Counted from the first letter of the stretch, positions 26,399 through 35,369 are shown. The stretch: 56,410 bases of DNA from Bacteroidota bacterium (GCA_017860635.1 JAGDMK010000035.1:1-56410); one strand, 5' to 3'. Made by a program: numbers and translations. Notes: a model not told the origin generated them from the sequence alone.

Positions 26399-27646
26399 AT
26401 GAAGAATCCAAGGCGCCTGGTGACAGCCGCGGCCATGAGTGTGACGGGCTTCCTTGTGCTTGCGGCGGGTTGCTCGTATGATGTAGCAGCCCCGCTATGG
26501 GAGCAACCGTATTCGGCCCCGCCAACGCCCAGCATTACCAGCATTCAACCGGCATCTGCCCCCGCCGGGGTGAACACCATCCTTATTGCCGGGCAGAATC
26601 TAAGCGGCGTGCCCATGAGCAACGGCGTGTACTTCGATATCACCCCTGCAGACATTGTCCAGAAGTCGGCTACGGCCATCACCGTGCGCAGGCCTTCCTT
26701 GGCGACGAGTTCATGCACGGTGAACCTGGTGTCTGACAGCGCACTTGTCGTTGCCAAGATCTCATTCGGCAACATCGACCTTGTGATGGATCGCGTGGGT
26801 AATTTCCTGGACAACGTCGCACTCGCTGCTGTCGTGGTGGACAGTGCGGAGAATCTCTTTGTTATTTCGGGAGTGACGCCGGTATCGATCTGGAAAGTAT
26901 CGACGGGCGGCGACAAATCAGCGCTCATGACCAGCGGGATCACCGTGAGACCGCCGTTCGATGCAGCGCTGAGGAGCGGGGTGCTCTATCTGACGAGCAG
27001 CAACAGGGAAATACAGCAGGTCAACATTGCGACAGGGGTCGTCTCACGATGGACGCAACTCCCGGCAGGAAGGGTTGTGAAGGTGGGCGACTTCGACGCA
27101 AACGGATACTTCTATACAGGCGGCGCTGCTGGCGGCGATCTCTGCGTCATCCCTCCCAATCCGCCGACAACGCTCACGCTCGCTCAAATAACGCTGTCAG
27201 GATTCTATGCCGCCGACGAGATTCTCGCCGTCCGGGTCTTCAAAGGGTATCTCTATGTGGCCTCCAAAGCCACCGGGCAGACTGCGGGAAAGATCTGGCG
27301 GCACGCGCTTGGGAATGCCGGACAGCTGGGAACGCAAGAGCTGGTCCTTGATCTCAGCGCGCATGCCACCTTTGCCGCCCGGCAGGTCAAGGCGATCTCT
27401 CTTTCCGCATCGGGAGTACTCTATGTAACGACGGACGCGGAAAACCCGCTGCTCGTTTTCGATCCCGCCAACGGCAGCCTGGACTATTTCTACAAGGGCA
27501 TTGTTCCTCCCTATGGCAAGCACGCCGGCTGGGGGCGCAGCGTCTATCTGTATATGATCAGCGGGGACATTGCAAACACCAACACCGCTCTGCGATGGAA
27601 CGTCGCACGGGTGAATATGGGCACCCCCGGTGCCTCGAGCCAATGA
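26399..27646 (+). CDS. Lipoprotein with an IPT/TIG domain followed by a probable beta-propeller
   Basis: It starts 18 nt after the previous stop, with a GGAAGGAAG RBS. The lipobox is FLVLAAGC. The IPT/TIG-like block is PSITSIQPASAPAGVNTILIAGQNLSGV...ATAITVRRP. The remaining ~300 aa carry repeated strand motifs (..LYVTS.., ..GYFYTGG.., ..LYVASK.., ..LYVTTD..). Confidence 0.7.
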   Translation: MKNPRRLVTAAAMSVTGFLVLAAGCSYDVAAPLWEQPYSAPPTPSITSIQPASAPAGVNTILIAGQNLSGVPMSNGVYFDITPADIVQKSATAITVRRPSLATSSCTVNLVSDSALVVAKISFGNIDLVMDRVGNFLDNVALAAVVVDSAENLFVISGVTPVSIWKVSTGGDKSALMTSGITVRPPFDAALRSGVLYLTSSNREIQQVNIATGVVSRWTQLPAGRVVKVGDFDANGYFYTGGAAGGDLCVIPPNPPTTLTLAQITLSGFYAADEILAVRVFKGYLYVASKATGQTAGKIWRHALGNAGQLGTQELVLDLSAHATFAARQVKAISLSASGVLYVTTDAENPLLVFDPANGSLDYFYKGIVPPYGKHAGWGRSVYLYMISGDIANTNTALRWNVARVNMGTPGASSQ

Positions 27647-27711
27647 TCCCTGTATGAGCATCAGATTGCATCCGGGGCGAGTCTCTTAGAACAGCCAAAG
27701 GTTTTCACGCG

Positions 27712-27749
27712 AAAAAGGGTCGGAACGGGATTTCTGACCGTCCTTTTTT
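27712..27749 (+). terminator. Probable rho-independent terminator after the four-gene outer-membrane module
   Basis: AAAAA, then GGAACGG, a 9-nt loop and CCGTCC (a 6-bp stem with one bulge), followed directly by TTTTTT at 27744-27749. Confidence 0.5.
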
Positions 27750-27811
27750 CATACCGTTCAGCGGGATGCAGCGTCCGTGCCTGTCACGTTGTGAACGAAG
27801 GGGTCAGCGCA

Positions 27812-30652
27812 ATGGAGAAGAATCCCTGGTCCGCCATCCTTCTGGCGGCATGTCTGATCGCGCCACATGTCTCCCCGGCGCAGGAGAAACACGCAGATGG
27901 CATGCTGTTCGAACTCGTAGGGCAGAAGGAGACCGATCCCCGGTATATGAAAATCCAGATTTGCACGGAGAAGATTGTCCGTGTGATCGCCGCAAAGGAG
28001 AAGGACTTCTCTCTCCGCCCGAGTCTGATGGTTCAAAAGGCCTCATGGGACCCTGTCCCCTGGTCGGTGCGCGAGAAGACTGATCTGGTGGAAATCTCCA
28101 CGTCCAAACTGATGGTCCGGGTTCATCGGCGCACCGGGGCGGTGTCGTTCTTCGATGCGGCCGGCCGGCTGCTCCTGAAGGAGAAGGACGGCGGGGGAAA
28201 AGTGCTTACTGCAACAGAGGTCCTGGGGGAAAAGACGTGGCACATCCAGCAGCTCTTTGACTCCCCGGCCGATGAGGCATTCTATGGCCTGGGTGCGCAT
28301 CAGAGCTCACTGATGAACTACAAGGGATACGATGTGGATTTGCAGCAGCACAATATTGTCGACGTCATTCCCTTTCTCGTTTCGAACAAGCAGTACGGAA
28401 TCCTGTGGGACAACTACTCCCGTACGAAGTTCGGAGACACCCGGGACTACCAGCCGTTGTCGACCCTGAAGCTTTTCAATGCGCAGGGCAAACAGGGCGG
28501 GCTAACCGCCGAGTATTTCCGCAATGCGCAGTTCGGCTCGCTGCTGACGTCACAGACGGAAGCGACCATTGCGCACGAATATGTCGATTCCATGGGCACA
28601 TTTCCGGACGGGTTCAACCTCACTACAGGGAGCATTCGCTGGAGCGGTACCATTGGGTCCCATGAGGCGGGGACGCACAAGTTGCGGGTCTATTCCTCTT
28701 CGTACTTGAAACTCTGGCTGGATGGCAAGTTGATGGTCGACTCATGGCGGCAGAACTGGCTGCCGTGGATACACGAGCTGCGCCTGCCCATGAAACCCGG
28801 GAAACGATATCCGATCAGAATCGAATGGATACCCAACGGCGGAAATGTAGGGCTGACATGCCTCGGCCCTGAGGACCCCGTGTATCACAAGAGTCTTTCA
28901 CTCTGGTCCAATGTCGCCGATCAGATCGATTACTACTTTATCCATGGAAAGAATCCCGATGAGTTGATCCGGGGATACCGTACGGTGACGGGCCGAGTCC
29001 CTCTGATGCCCAAATGGGCGATGGGCTACTGGCAGAGCCGCGAGCGATACCGCTCACAGGATGAACTCCTTTCCGTCGTGCGGGAATTCCGTCGGCGGCA
29101 GTTCCCCCTCGACAATATTGTGCAGGATTGGTTTTACTGGAAAGAAGACCAGTGGGGGAGCCATGAGTTCGACTCCACGCGATTCCCCGATCCGGCCGGC
29201 ATGGTGAAGCAACTCCATGATACCCTTCACGCCCGCATCATGATCACAGCCTGGCCCAAATTCTATGTGGGGACGAAGCACTATGAGGAGTTCAGGGAAA
29301 AGGGATGGCTCTACATGCACAACATCGAGAAGGGTGTGCGCGACTGGGTGGGACCGGGATACGTGTCGACTTTTTTTGATCCTTTCAGCAGTGAGGCAAG
29401 AGATCTTTACTGGGCGCAGATCAACGATAAGCTCTTTCGCTTAGGAATCGATGCCTGGTGGCTTGATTCCACAGAGCCGGACCTTCAATCCAACGTGTCG
29501 CCTACCGAAACGCTCCTGCGCATGCACCCGAATGCACTGGGTACGGCGGCCCGATACGAAAACGCATATTCCCTGATGATGACCAGGGGTGTGTATGAGA
29601 ACCAGCGCAAAACCTCGCCCGACCAGCGCGTCTGTATCCTCACCCGATCGGCATACGCCGGGCAGCAGCGCTATGCGTCCGCGACCTGGAGCGGAGACGT
29701 GGCCACACGCTGGTACGACCTGGGAGCACAAATCAAAGCCGGGCTGAACTTCTCGCTCTCGGGCATCCCATACTGGACAACCGATATCGGCGGATTCGCG
29801 GTCGAGCCGCGCTACGAGCATCCAAACGATGCTGACCTGGATGAATGGCGGGAGCTCAACACGCGGTGGTTCCAGTTTGGGACGTTCTGTCCGCTGTTTC
29901 GCTCGCACGGGCAGTTTCCACTTCGCGAACCATTCAATCTGGCTCCCGACGGTCATCCTGCGTATCAGACCCTGCTTGCCTATACCAGACTCCGCTACCG
30001 CCTGATGCCCTACATCTATTCCCTCGCCGGAATGGTCACGCAAAGCGATTATACCATCCTGCGGGCCCTTGTCATGGACTTCGGTAACGACAAACGCGTC
30101 GCGAACATCGGCGACCAATTCCTGTTCGGTCCGGCGCTGCTGATCAATCCGGTAACGTCCTACAAGACAAGAGCACGTCAGGTCTATCTTCCCGCTGGCG
30201 CCGGGTGGTACGGACTGAGATCCGGTGTGCACTACAGAGGAGGCCAGACGATCCGGGCGGATGCGCCTTACACGGATATCCCGATATTTGTGAAGGAAGG
30301 GTCCATTGTGCCGTGCGGTCCCGAGATCGAGTATACGGATCAAAGGCCTGCCGATCCCATCAGGCTGTTCGTCTACACTGGCGCCGATGGGTCGTTCACA
30401 CTGTATGAAGATGAAGCGCTTAACTACAACTACGAAAAGGGCGCGTACGTGAGCATTCCGATGACGTACAGCGAGAAAGACACGCGTCTGACAATCGGAG
30501 AACGCAAAGGTGAGTTTCCTGGAATGCTCAGGAATCGCACGTTCGAAATCGTGTGGATCGGCAAAGGGAAGCCCGCCGGTATGGATTTTTCCGGAAAGCC
30601 AGACGCGGTGGTGAGCTACGATGGAACTCCACAATCGATCGGCATGAGGTGA
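27812..30652 (+). CDS. Glycoside hydrolase family 31 with an inserted PA14 domain (alpha-xylosidase-like)
   Basis: ORF 27791..30652, with ATG 27812. The signal peptide is MEKNPWSAILLAACLIAPHVSPAQE. A PA14-like block is present (LTAEYFRNAQFGSLL....IRWSGTIGSHEAGTHKLRVYSSSYLKLWLDGKLMVDSW). The GH31 nucleophile block is GIDAWWLDSTEPD, and ATWSGDV is the second catalytic-region block. Confidence 0.9.
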   Translation: MEKNPWSAILLAACLIAPHVSPAQEKHADGMLFELVGQKETDPRYMKIQICTEKIVRVIAAKEKDFSLRPSLMVQKASWDPVPWSVREKTDLVEISTSKLMVRVHRRTGAVSFFDAAGRLLLKEKDGGGKVLTATEVLGEKTWHIQQLFDSPADEAFYGLGAHQSSLMNYKGYDVDLQQHNIVDVIPFLVSNKQYGILWDNYSRTKFGDTRDYQPLSTLKLFNAQGKQGGLTAEYFRNAQFGSLLTSQTEATIAHEYVDSMGTFPDGFNLTTGSIRWSGTIGSHEAGTHKLRVYSSSYLKLWLDGKLMVDSWRQNWLPWIHELRLPMKPGKRYPIRIEWIPNGGNVGLTCLGPEDPVYHKSLSLWSNVADQIDYYFIHGKNPDELIRGYRTVTGRVPLMPKWAMGYWQSRERYRSQDELLSVVREFRRRQFPLDNIVQDWFYWKEDQWGSHEFDSTRFPDPAGMVKQLHDTLHARIMITAWPKFYVGTKHYEEFREKGWLYMHNIEKGVRDWVGPGYVSTFFDPFSSEARDLYWAQINDKLFRLGIDAWWLDSTEPDLQSNVSPTETLLRMHPNALGTAARYENAYSLMMTRGVYENQRKTSPDQRVCILTRSAYAGQQRYASATWSGDVATRWYDLGAQIKAGLNFSLSGIPYWTTDIGGFAVEPRYEHPNDADLDEWRELNTRWFQFGTFCPLFRSHGQFPLREPFNLAPDGHPAYQTLLAYTRLRYRLMPYIYSLAGMVTQSDYTILRALVMDFGNDKRVANIGDQFLFGPALLINPVTSYKTRARQVYLPAGAGWYGLRSGVHYRGGQTIRADAPYTDIPIFVKEGSIVPCGPEIEYTDQRPADPIRLFVYTGADGSFTLYEDEALNYNYEKGAYVSIPMTYSEKDTRLTIGERKGEFPGMLRNRTFEIVWIGKGKPAGMDFSGKPDAVVSYDGTPQSIGMR

Positions 30653-30654
30653 CA

Positions 30655-33096
30655 ATGACACGAACATGGATGAGTATGATCGCAATCGGTCTGTTTGCAC
30701 TTCCGGCATTCTGGATGACAGCATGCTCGGGCTCCTCTCCACGAGTCAGAAAGACTGAAGACTTTTGTGCGGGCTGGAAGTTTCATCTTGGCGACGTGAC
30801 GAACGGCTATGAGACTGCTCTGGATGATTCCCCGTGGCGGTTGATAGATCTCCCTCACGATTGGAGCATCGAGGGAGAGTTCAGCAATGACCACCCCGCT
30901 ACTCCCGGAGGGGGTGCGTTGCCTGGAGGCATCGGGTGGTACAGGAAGACGTTCACCGTACCGTCGGCCAACAAGGAAGGGCTGGTGTTCGTGGAGTTTG
31001 ATGGCATCTACAGGAACAGCGAGGTGTGGATCAACGGTCACGCTCTGGGCAAACGTCCCAATGGGTATATCTCCTTCCGATACGAGCTGACACCGTTCCT
31101 GAAGTATGGGAACGAGATGAATCTCATTGCGGTCAGAGTCGACAACGCGCAGCAGCCCAATTCCCGGTGGTATTCGGGCTCCGGGATCTACAGGAATGTC
31201 CGGCTAGTGACGACAGGGAAGCTCTTTGTGGACCAGTGGGGGACGTGCATCACAACTCCTGAGGTGACGGGGAAATCGGCGACAGTCTCAATCAGGACCA
31301 GGGTCCGCAATCGCATGCCTCACGATCAATCCTTCACCGTGCACACAGAAGTGATCGATGAGCAGGGAAAGAGCGTAGCCAGTACGGAAGCGCAAGGCAC
31401 TACGCTCAAGGATTCTGTCGGTGAGGTTGCCCAGACCCTCACAATTCAGAATCCTCCCTTGTGGTCGGTCGAACACACGCACATGCTCAAAGCGATAACA
31501 ACCATCGTGGTAGATGGACGGGTCAGTGATGACTATGAGACGCCGTTTGGCATCCGCACGTTCAGGTTTGCCAGTGACAGCGGTTTCTTCCTGAACGGGA
31601 AGCCGCTGAAGATCAAGGGCGTGTGCAACCACCACGACCTCGGTTGCTTGGGCGCGGCCGTCAATCGCAGGGCCCTGGAGCGTCAGCTTGAGATCATGAA
31701 GGCGATGGGGGTCAACGCTATCCGCACATCCCACAATCCGCCGGCACCAGAGCTTTTGGACCTGTGCGATGTGATGGGTTTTCTTGTGATGGACGAGGCA
31801 TTTGATATGTGGAAGAAAAAGAAAACAGACTACGACTACGCCCTGGATTGGGATGCATGGCACGTACGGGACCTGCAGGATATGATTCTCCGTGACCGGA
31901 ACCACCCCAGTGTGTTCCTCTGGAGCATCGGCAATGAGGTGCTGGAGCAATTTCAAAAGGAAGACAGCAGCGGGACGGTTATCGCGAAGGAGCTTGCAGC
32001 GATCGTCAGGGACATCGATCCGACCCGCCCCATCACCGCAGCCTGCAACGACCAGGATCCCTTGAATCCTGTCATCAGATCCGGGGCGCTCGATCTGATC
32101 GGCTACAACTACTCGCACACGACATTCGCAGCATTTCCGCAGATCTATCCCGGGAAGAGATTCCTGGCCACCGAGACTACTTCGGGGCTTGCGACACGCG
32201 GCTCCTACGATATGCCGTCCGACAGCATCCGTCGGTGGCCGCTGCGATGGGATAAGCCTTTTCTCGAGGGCAACCCCGACAATTCGTGTTCGTCCTACGA
32301 CAATTGCAGCACCCCCTGGGGATCCACACACGAAGAGACGTGGAAGATCGTGAAGAAACATGCATTCCTCTCGGGCATGTTCATCTGGACGGGCTTCGAC
32401 TATCTGGGTGAACCCACCCCGTATTCCTGGCCTTCACGAAGCTCGTATTTCGGCATTGTGGATCTGGCGGGTATGCCGAAGGATGTCTATTATTTGTATC
32501 AGGGCGAGTGGACGGACACGCCGGTGCTTCATCTGTTCCCGCATTGGAACTGGAGCGACGGAGAGCTCGTGGATGTGTGGGCATACACAAATTGCGACGA
32601 AGTGGAGTTGTTCCTGAATGGTCAGTCTCAAGGAACAAAAACCAAGACGGGAGACGACCTCCACATTGCATGGCGGCTTGCCTTCACGCCGGGTGCGTTG
32701 AAAGCTGTTGGCCGCAAGGCCGGAAAAGAAGACCTCATTCGCGAGGTGAGGACGGCCGGGATCCCTTCCACAATCGTGCTGACGCCGGACAGGAAGGTGA
32801 TCACGGCGGATGGCAAGGATCTGTCGTTTGTCACTGTCAGCCTCCTCGACGACGCTGGTACGCTCGTGCCGCACGCTGATAACCTCGTCACCTTTGAGGT
32901 GGAGGGTGAGGGCCGCCTGGTGGGTGTCGACAATGGCCTCCAGACAAGCCATGAACCATTCAAAGCATCATACCGGAAGGCGTTCAATGGACTCTGTCTT
33001 GCGGTTATCCAGTCAAGCAAGACTGCCGGACAGATTACGGTGACGGCGAGTTCTGCAGGTCTGAAGGGAGCAACAACTGTCATCACTGCGCGATAG
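30655..33096 (+). CDS. Glycoside hydrolase family 2 (beta-galactosidase-like), probable lipoprotein
   Basis: ORF 30553..33096, with ATG 30655, 2 nt after the GH31 stop and with GAGG upstream. The lipobox is FWMTAC. GH2 blocks are present: WYRKTF, NGYISFRYELT, NHPSVFLWSIGNEV (acid/base) and MFIWTGFDYLGEP (nucleophile). Confidence 0.9.
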   Translation: MTRTWMSMIAIGLFALPAFWMTACSGSSPRVRKTEDFCAGWKFHLGDVTNGYETALDDSPWRLIDLPHDWSIEGEFSNDHPATPGGGALPGGIGWYRKTFTVPSANKEGLVFVEFDGIYRNSEVWINGHALGKRPNGYISFRYELTPFLKYGNEMNLIAVRVDNAQQPNSRWYSGSGIYRNVRLVTTGKLFVDQWGTCITTPEVTGKSATVSIRTRVRNRMPHDQSFTVHTEVIDEQGKSVASTEAQGTTLKDSVGEVAQTLTIQNPPLWSVEHTHMLKAITTIVVDGRVSDDYETPFGIRTFRFASDSGFFLNGKPLKIKGVCNHHDLGCLGAAVNRRALERQLEIMKAMGVNAIRTSHNPPAPELLDLCDVMGFLVMDEAFDMWKKKKTDYDYALDWDAWHVRDLQDMILRDRNHPSVFLWSIGNEVLEQFQKEDSSGTVIAKELAAIVRDIDPTRPITAACNDQDPLNPVIRSGALDLIGYNYSHTTFAAFPQIYPGKRFLATETTSGLATRGSYDMPSDSIRRWPLRWDKPFLEGNPDNSCSSYDNCSTPWGSTHEETWKIVKKHAFLSGMFIWTGFDYLGEPTPYSWPSRSSYFGIVDLAGMPKDVYYLYQGEWTDTPVLHLFPHWNWSDGELVDVWAYTNCDEVELFLNGQSQGTKTKTGDDLHIAWRLAFTPGALKAVGRKAGKEDLIREVRTAGIPSTIVLTPDRKVITADGKDLSFVTVSLLDDAGTLVPHADNLVTFEVEGEGRLVGVDNGLQTSHEPFKASYRKAFNGLCLAVIQSSKTAGQITVTASSAGLKGATTVITAR

Positions 33097-33116
33097 GCCT
33101 GCGGATGGTGCGGGGG

Positions 33117-33208
33117 GAGATGAGATGAGATGAGATGAGATGAGATGAGATGAGATGAGATGAGATGAGATGAGATGAGATGAGATGAGATGAGATGAGA
33201 TGAGATGA
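33117..33208. repeat. Perfect pentanucleotide microsatellite (GAGAT)x18 (+GA), preceded by G6
   Basis: Read directly from the sequence. The G6 run is at 33112-33117. GAGAT units run from 33117 to 33206, followed by GA. The tract lies in the 118-nt gap between the GH2 stop (33096) and ATG 33215. Confidence 0.95.
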
Positions 33209-33214
33209 TGAACG

Positions 33215-35161
33215 ATGAGGGATTTCTGCGCATGTGTTGTTGTGGTTCTTTGTACCGCTCTGGTGGTGCCGGCGTACAGCCAGGACAGCGTGAATTGCTT
33301 TCTGACGGACTTCAACTCTAAACATGTCACCGTGCCTCCGTATGAAGATGTGCCAGCAGTTGCAGCGTCCTGGTCAGTGCAGGTTGTTGTGAACCCGACC
33401 GACACGGTCGGAAGAGTGTCGAAATACATCTTCGGCAATGCGGTGGCGGTTTGGGTGGGCACGAACCAGAACAATCCGACTCTGGTAGGGCATCTGAAGA
33501 AACTGTCGCCAACGCTCATTCGTTTTCCGGGGGGAAGCTGGTCAGATATCTACTTCTGGAATGGGAATCCCGGTGATCTCCCCACCACGATTCCCGATGG
33601 TGCAAACAATGGCCAGCCGATCGCGCTTTCACCTCAGATGGGCCCGTATCAAAGTCTCACGCCGGACGGTTACTATGCCATGCGCCAGGAACTTGGCACA
33701 CAGGGGCTCATCACAGTGAACTATGGATATGCCCGTTACGGTTTGGGTGATAATCCGGTGGCAAGGGCAGCCCATCTTGCGGCAGACTGGGTGCGGTACG
33801 ACAACGGACGCACCAGGTTCTGGGAAATCGGCAATGAGAACGGTGGACCCTGGGAAGCGGGGTGGCAGATTGACACGACCACAAACAAGGATAGCCAGCC
33901 GAAGATCATCACCGGTGAGCTCTACGGAAGACATTTCAGGGTCTTTGCCGATTCCATGAGAGCCGCCGCCGCGCAAATCGGTGCAACCATTTTCATCGGG
34001 GGGCAGGTCCTGCACTACGACGGCACGTCGAGCTGGAACGTCGCAGACCGTCAATGGAACGAAGGATTCTTCAGGGAAGCGGGTGGTGCGGCTGATTTCT
34101 ATGTCATGCACAACTACTTCAGTGCAAACAATTCCACAAACCCGCAGACCATCCTGACCTGGGCTTCGGACGAGCTGAAGAGGAATGGCGATTTCATCCG
34201 CCAGGACATTGCAGCGAAGCAGGCAGCATCAAGGCCTATCGCCCTGACAGAGTACAATATGGGTTCTTCCAATGCCACCGCAGAAGGGTCGTTCATCAAG
34301 GGCATGCACGCAGTGGTGCAGTTCTGCGAGCTGGCCAGACAGAAATTCGGATTGTCAGCTCGCTGGCTCGTGGCAAACTGGCAGGCGGATGGCATGTTCT
34401 ACAATGGAAGCACATCCGGCATCCCCGCATGGAACCCCCGTCCTGAGTTCTATTATGCCCATTTTGCACAGCGGTTCATGGGTGACCACATGGTCACGGC
34501 GACCGTTCCCGGCAGCCAGGTTATATCGGCGTGTGCGTCGACCTTTGCATCGGGCCATCTGGCGGTGATTGTCGTGAACAAGGGAGTGGGTACGTATGTG
34601 ATGAGCCTTGTTCCGAACACCTACGCTTTCGGAGACCGGTACTACGTCTATTCACTCAAGGGCGGTACGGACAACGGGAGTTTCTCTCAGGAGGTGTATG
34701 TCAATGACGATGGGCCGAGCGCACCCTCGTGGGGACCACCCATCGAGAGTCTGGACTCCCTGAAGGCATATGCCTATCCGACCGATGGAACACAGATCAA
34801 GGTGCCGCTTCCTGCGCGGTCAGTGCAGTTCATCCTGCTTGAGCCCGGCAGCCACATCATTACCAGCGCGGAAGATGTACCGTCCGGGTCAGTGGAGCAA
34901 TTTGAGCTGATGCAGAACTTCCCCAACCCGTTCAACCCGCACACCACAATCCAGTACTCGCTTCGGGAAGCCAGCACCGTATCACTGCGGGTGTACGACG
35001 TCATGGGAAGGGAAGTCGCGAGTCTTCTCAATGACGAGAGACGGCCAGCAGGGCGCCACGAAGTTGACTTCGAGGCGGAGAACCTCCCGAGCGGCGCCTA
35101 TTTCTATACGCTAAGGACAGAGCGCTCGAAAGCGACAAGAGTAATGATGCTTGTGAAGTAG
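33215..35161 (+). CDS. Clan GH-A glycoside hydrolase, GH51-like (alpha-L-arabinofuranosidase-like), with a T9SS C-terminal sorting domain
   Basis: The signal peptide is MRDFCACVVVVLCTALVVPAYSQ. LIRFPGGSWSDIYFWNG and FWEIGNENGGPWEAGW resemble the GH51 blocks (PGGNF..Y.W and GNEMDGPWQ.G). ALTEYN is the candidate nucleophile block. The CTD is FPNPFNPHTTIQYSL...SGAYFYTLRTERSKATRVMMLVK. The family call is tentative. Confidence 0.7.
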   Translation: MRDFCACVVVVLCTALVVPAYSQDSVNCFLTDFNSKHVTVPPYEDVPAVAASWSVQVVVNPTDTVGRVSKYIFGNAVAVWVGTNQNNPTLVGHLKKLSPTLIRFPGGSWSDIYFWNGNPGDLPTTIPDGANNGQPIALSPQMGPYQSLTPDGYYAMRQELGTQGLITVNYGYARYGLGDNPVARAAHLAADWVRYDNGRTRFWEIGNENGGPWEAGWQIDTTTNKDSQPKIITGELYGRHFRVFADSMRAAAAQIGATIFIGGQVLHYDGTSSWNVADRQWNEGFFREAGGAADFYVMHNYFSANNSTNPQTILTWASDELKRNGDFIRQDIAAKQAASRPIALTEYNMGSSNATAEGSFIKGMHAVVQFCELARQKFGLSARWLVANWQADGMFYNGSTSGIPAWNPRPEFYYAHFAQRFMGDHMVTATVPGSQVISACASTFASGHLAVIVVNKGVGTYVMSLVPNTYAFGDRYYVYSLKGGTDNGSFSQEVYVNDDGPSAPSWGPPIESLDSLKAYAYPTDGTQIKVPLPARSVQFILLEPGSHIITSAEDVPSGSVEQFELMQNFPNPFNPHTTIQYSLREASTVSLRVYDVMGREVASLLNDERRPAGRHEVDFEAENLPSGAYFYTLRTERSKATRVMMLVK

Positions 35162-35302
35162 CTGGTGACTTCGCAGAACCAGGGACGGGCTCAAGAAAGG
35201 GCACAGTGCGCGTTCCAACGATGAACAACATCATAGACCGTTCAAGGATTTTGTTGGAACGGCACGAGTAATCAACGGGTAATCCGGGAGAGTCGACTAC
35301 AA

Positions 35303-35338
35303 AAAGACGTCCGTGGCGGGAGAACCACGGACGTCTTT
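35303..35338. terminator. Bidirectional rho-independent terminator between convergent genes
   Basis: A perfect 14-bp stem, AAAGACGTCCGTGG / CCACGGACGTCTTT, with an 8-nt loop (CGGGAGAA). It is flanked by an A-run upstream and TTTGATTT downstream, so it can act on both strands. Confidence 0.8.
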
Positions 35339-35369
35339 GATTTCTGATGCCTATGCTGTTGTCAACCCC

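Noticed and set aside
29441-30742. A 433-aa minus-strand ORF opposite GH31. Similar long antisense ORFs occur at 31288..32361, 43306..44463 and 52146..53084.
   Set aside because: They have Arg/His/Pro/Gly-rich composition and no recognisable domains. Each is fully nested antisense to a gene with strong family signatures.
32628-33519. Three minus-strand ORFs (32628..33233, 33013..33519, 33083..33325) read through the pentanucleotide tract as (ISSHL)n repeat proteins.
   Set aside because: They are open only because ATCTC repeats contain no stop in any frame. Outside the tract they are antisense to the GH2 and GH51-like genes, both of which have strong family motifs. Their flanking sequence is low-complexity and Arg/Ser/Pro-rich.
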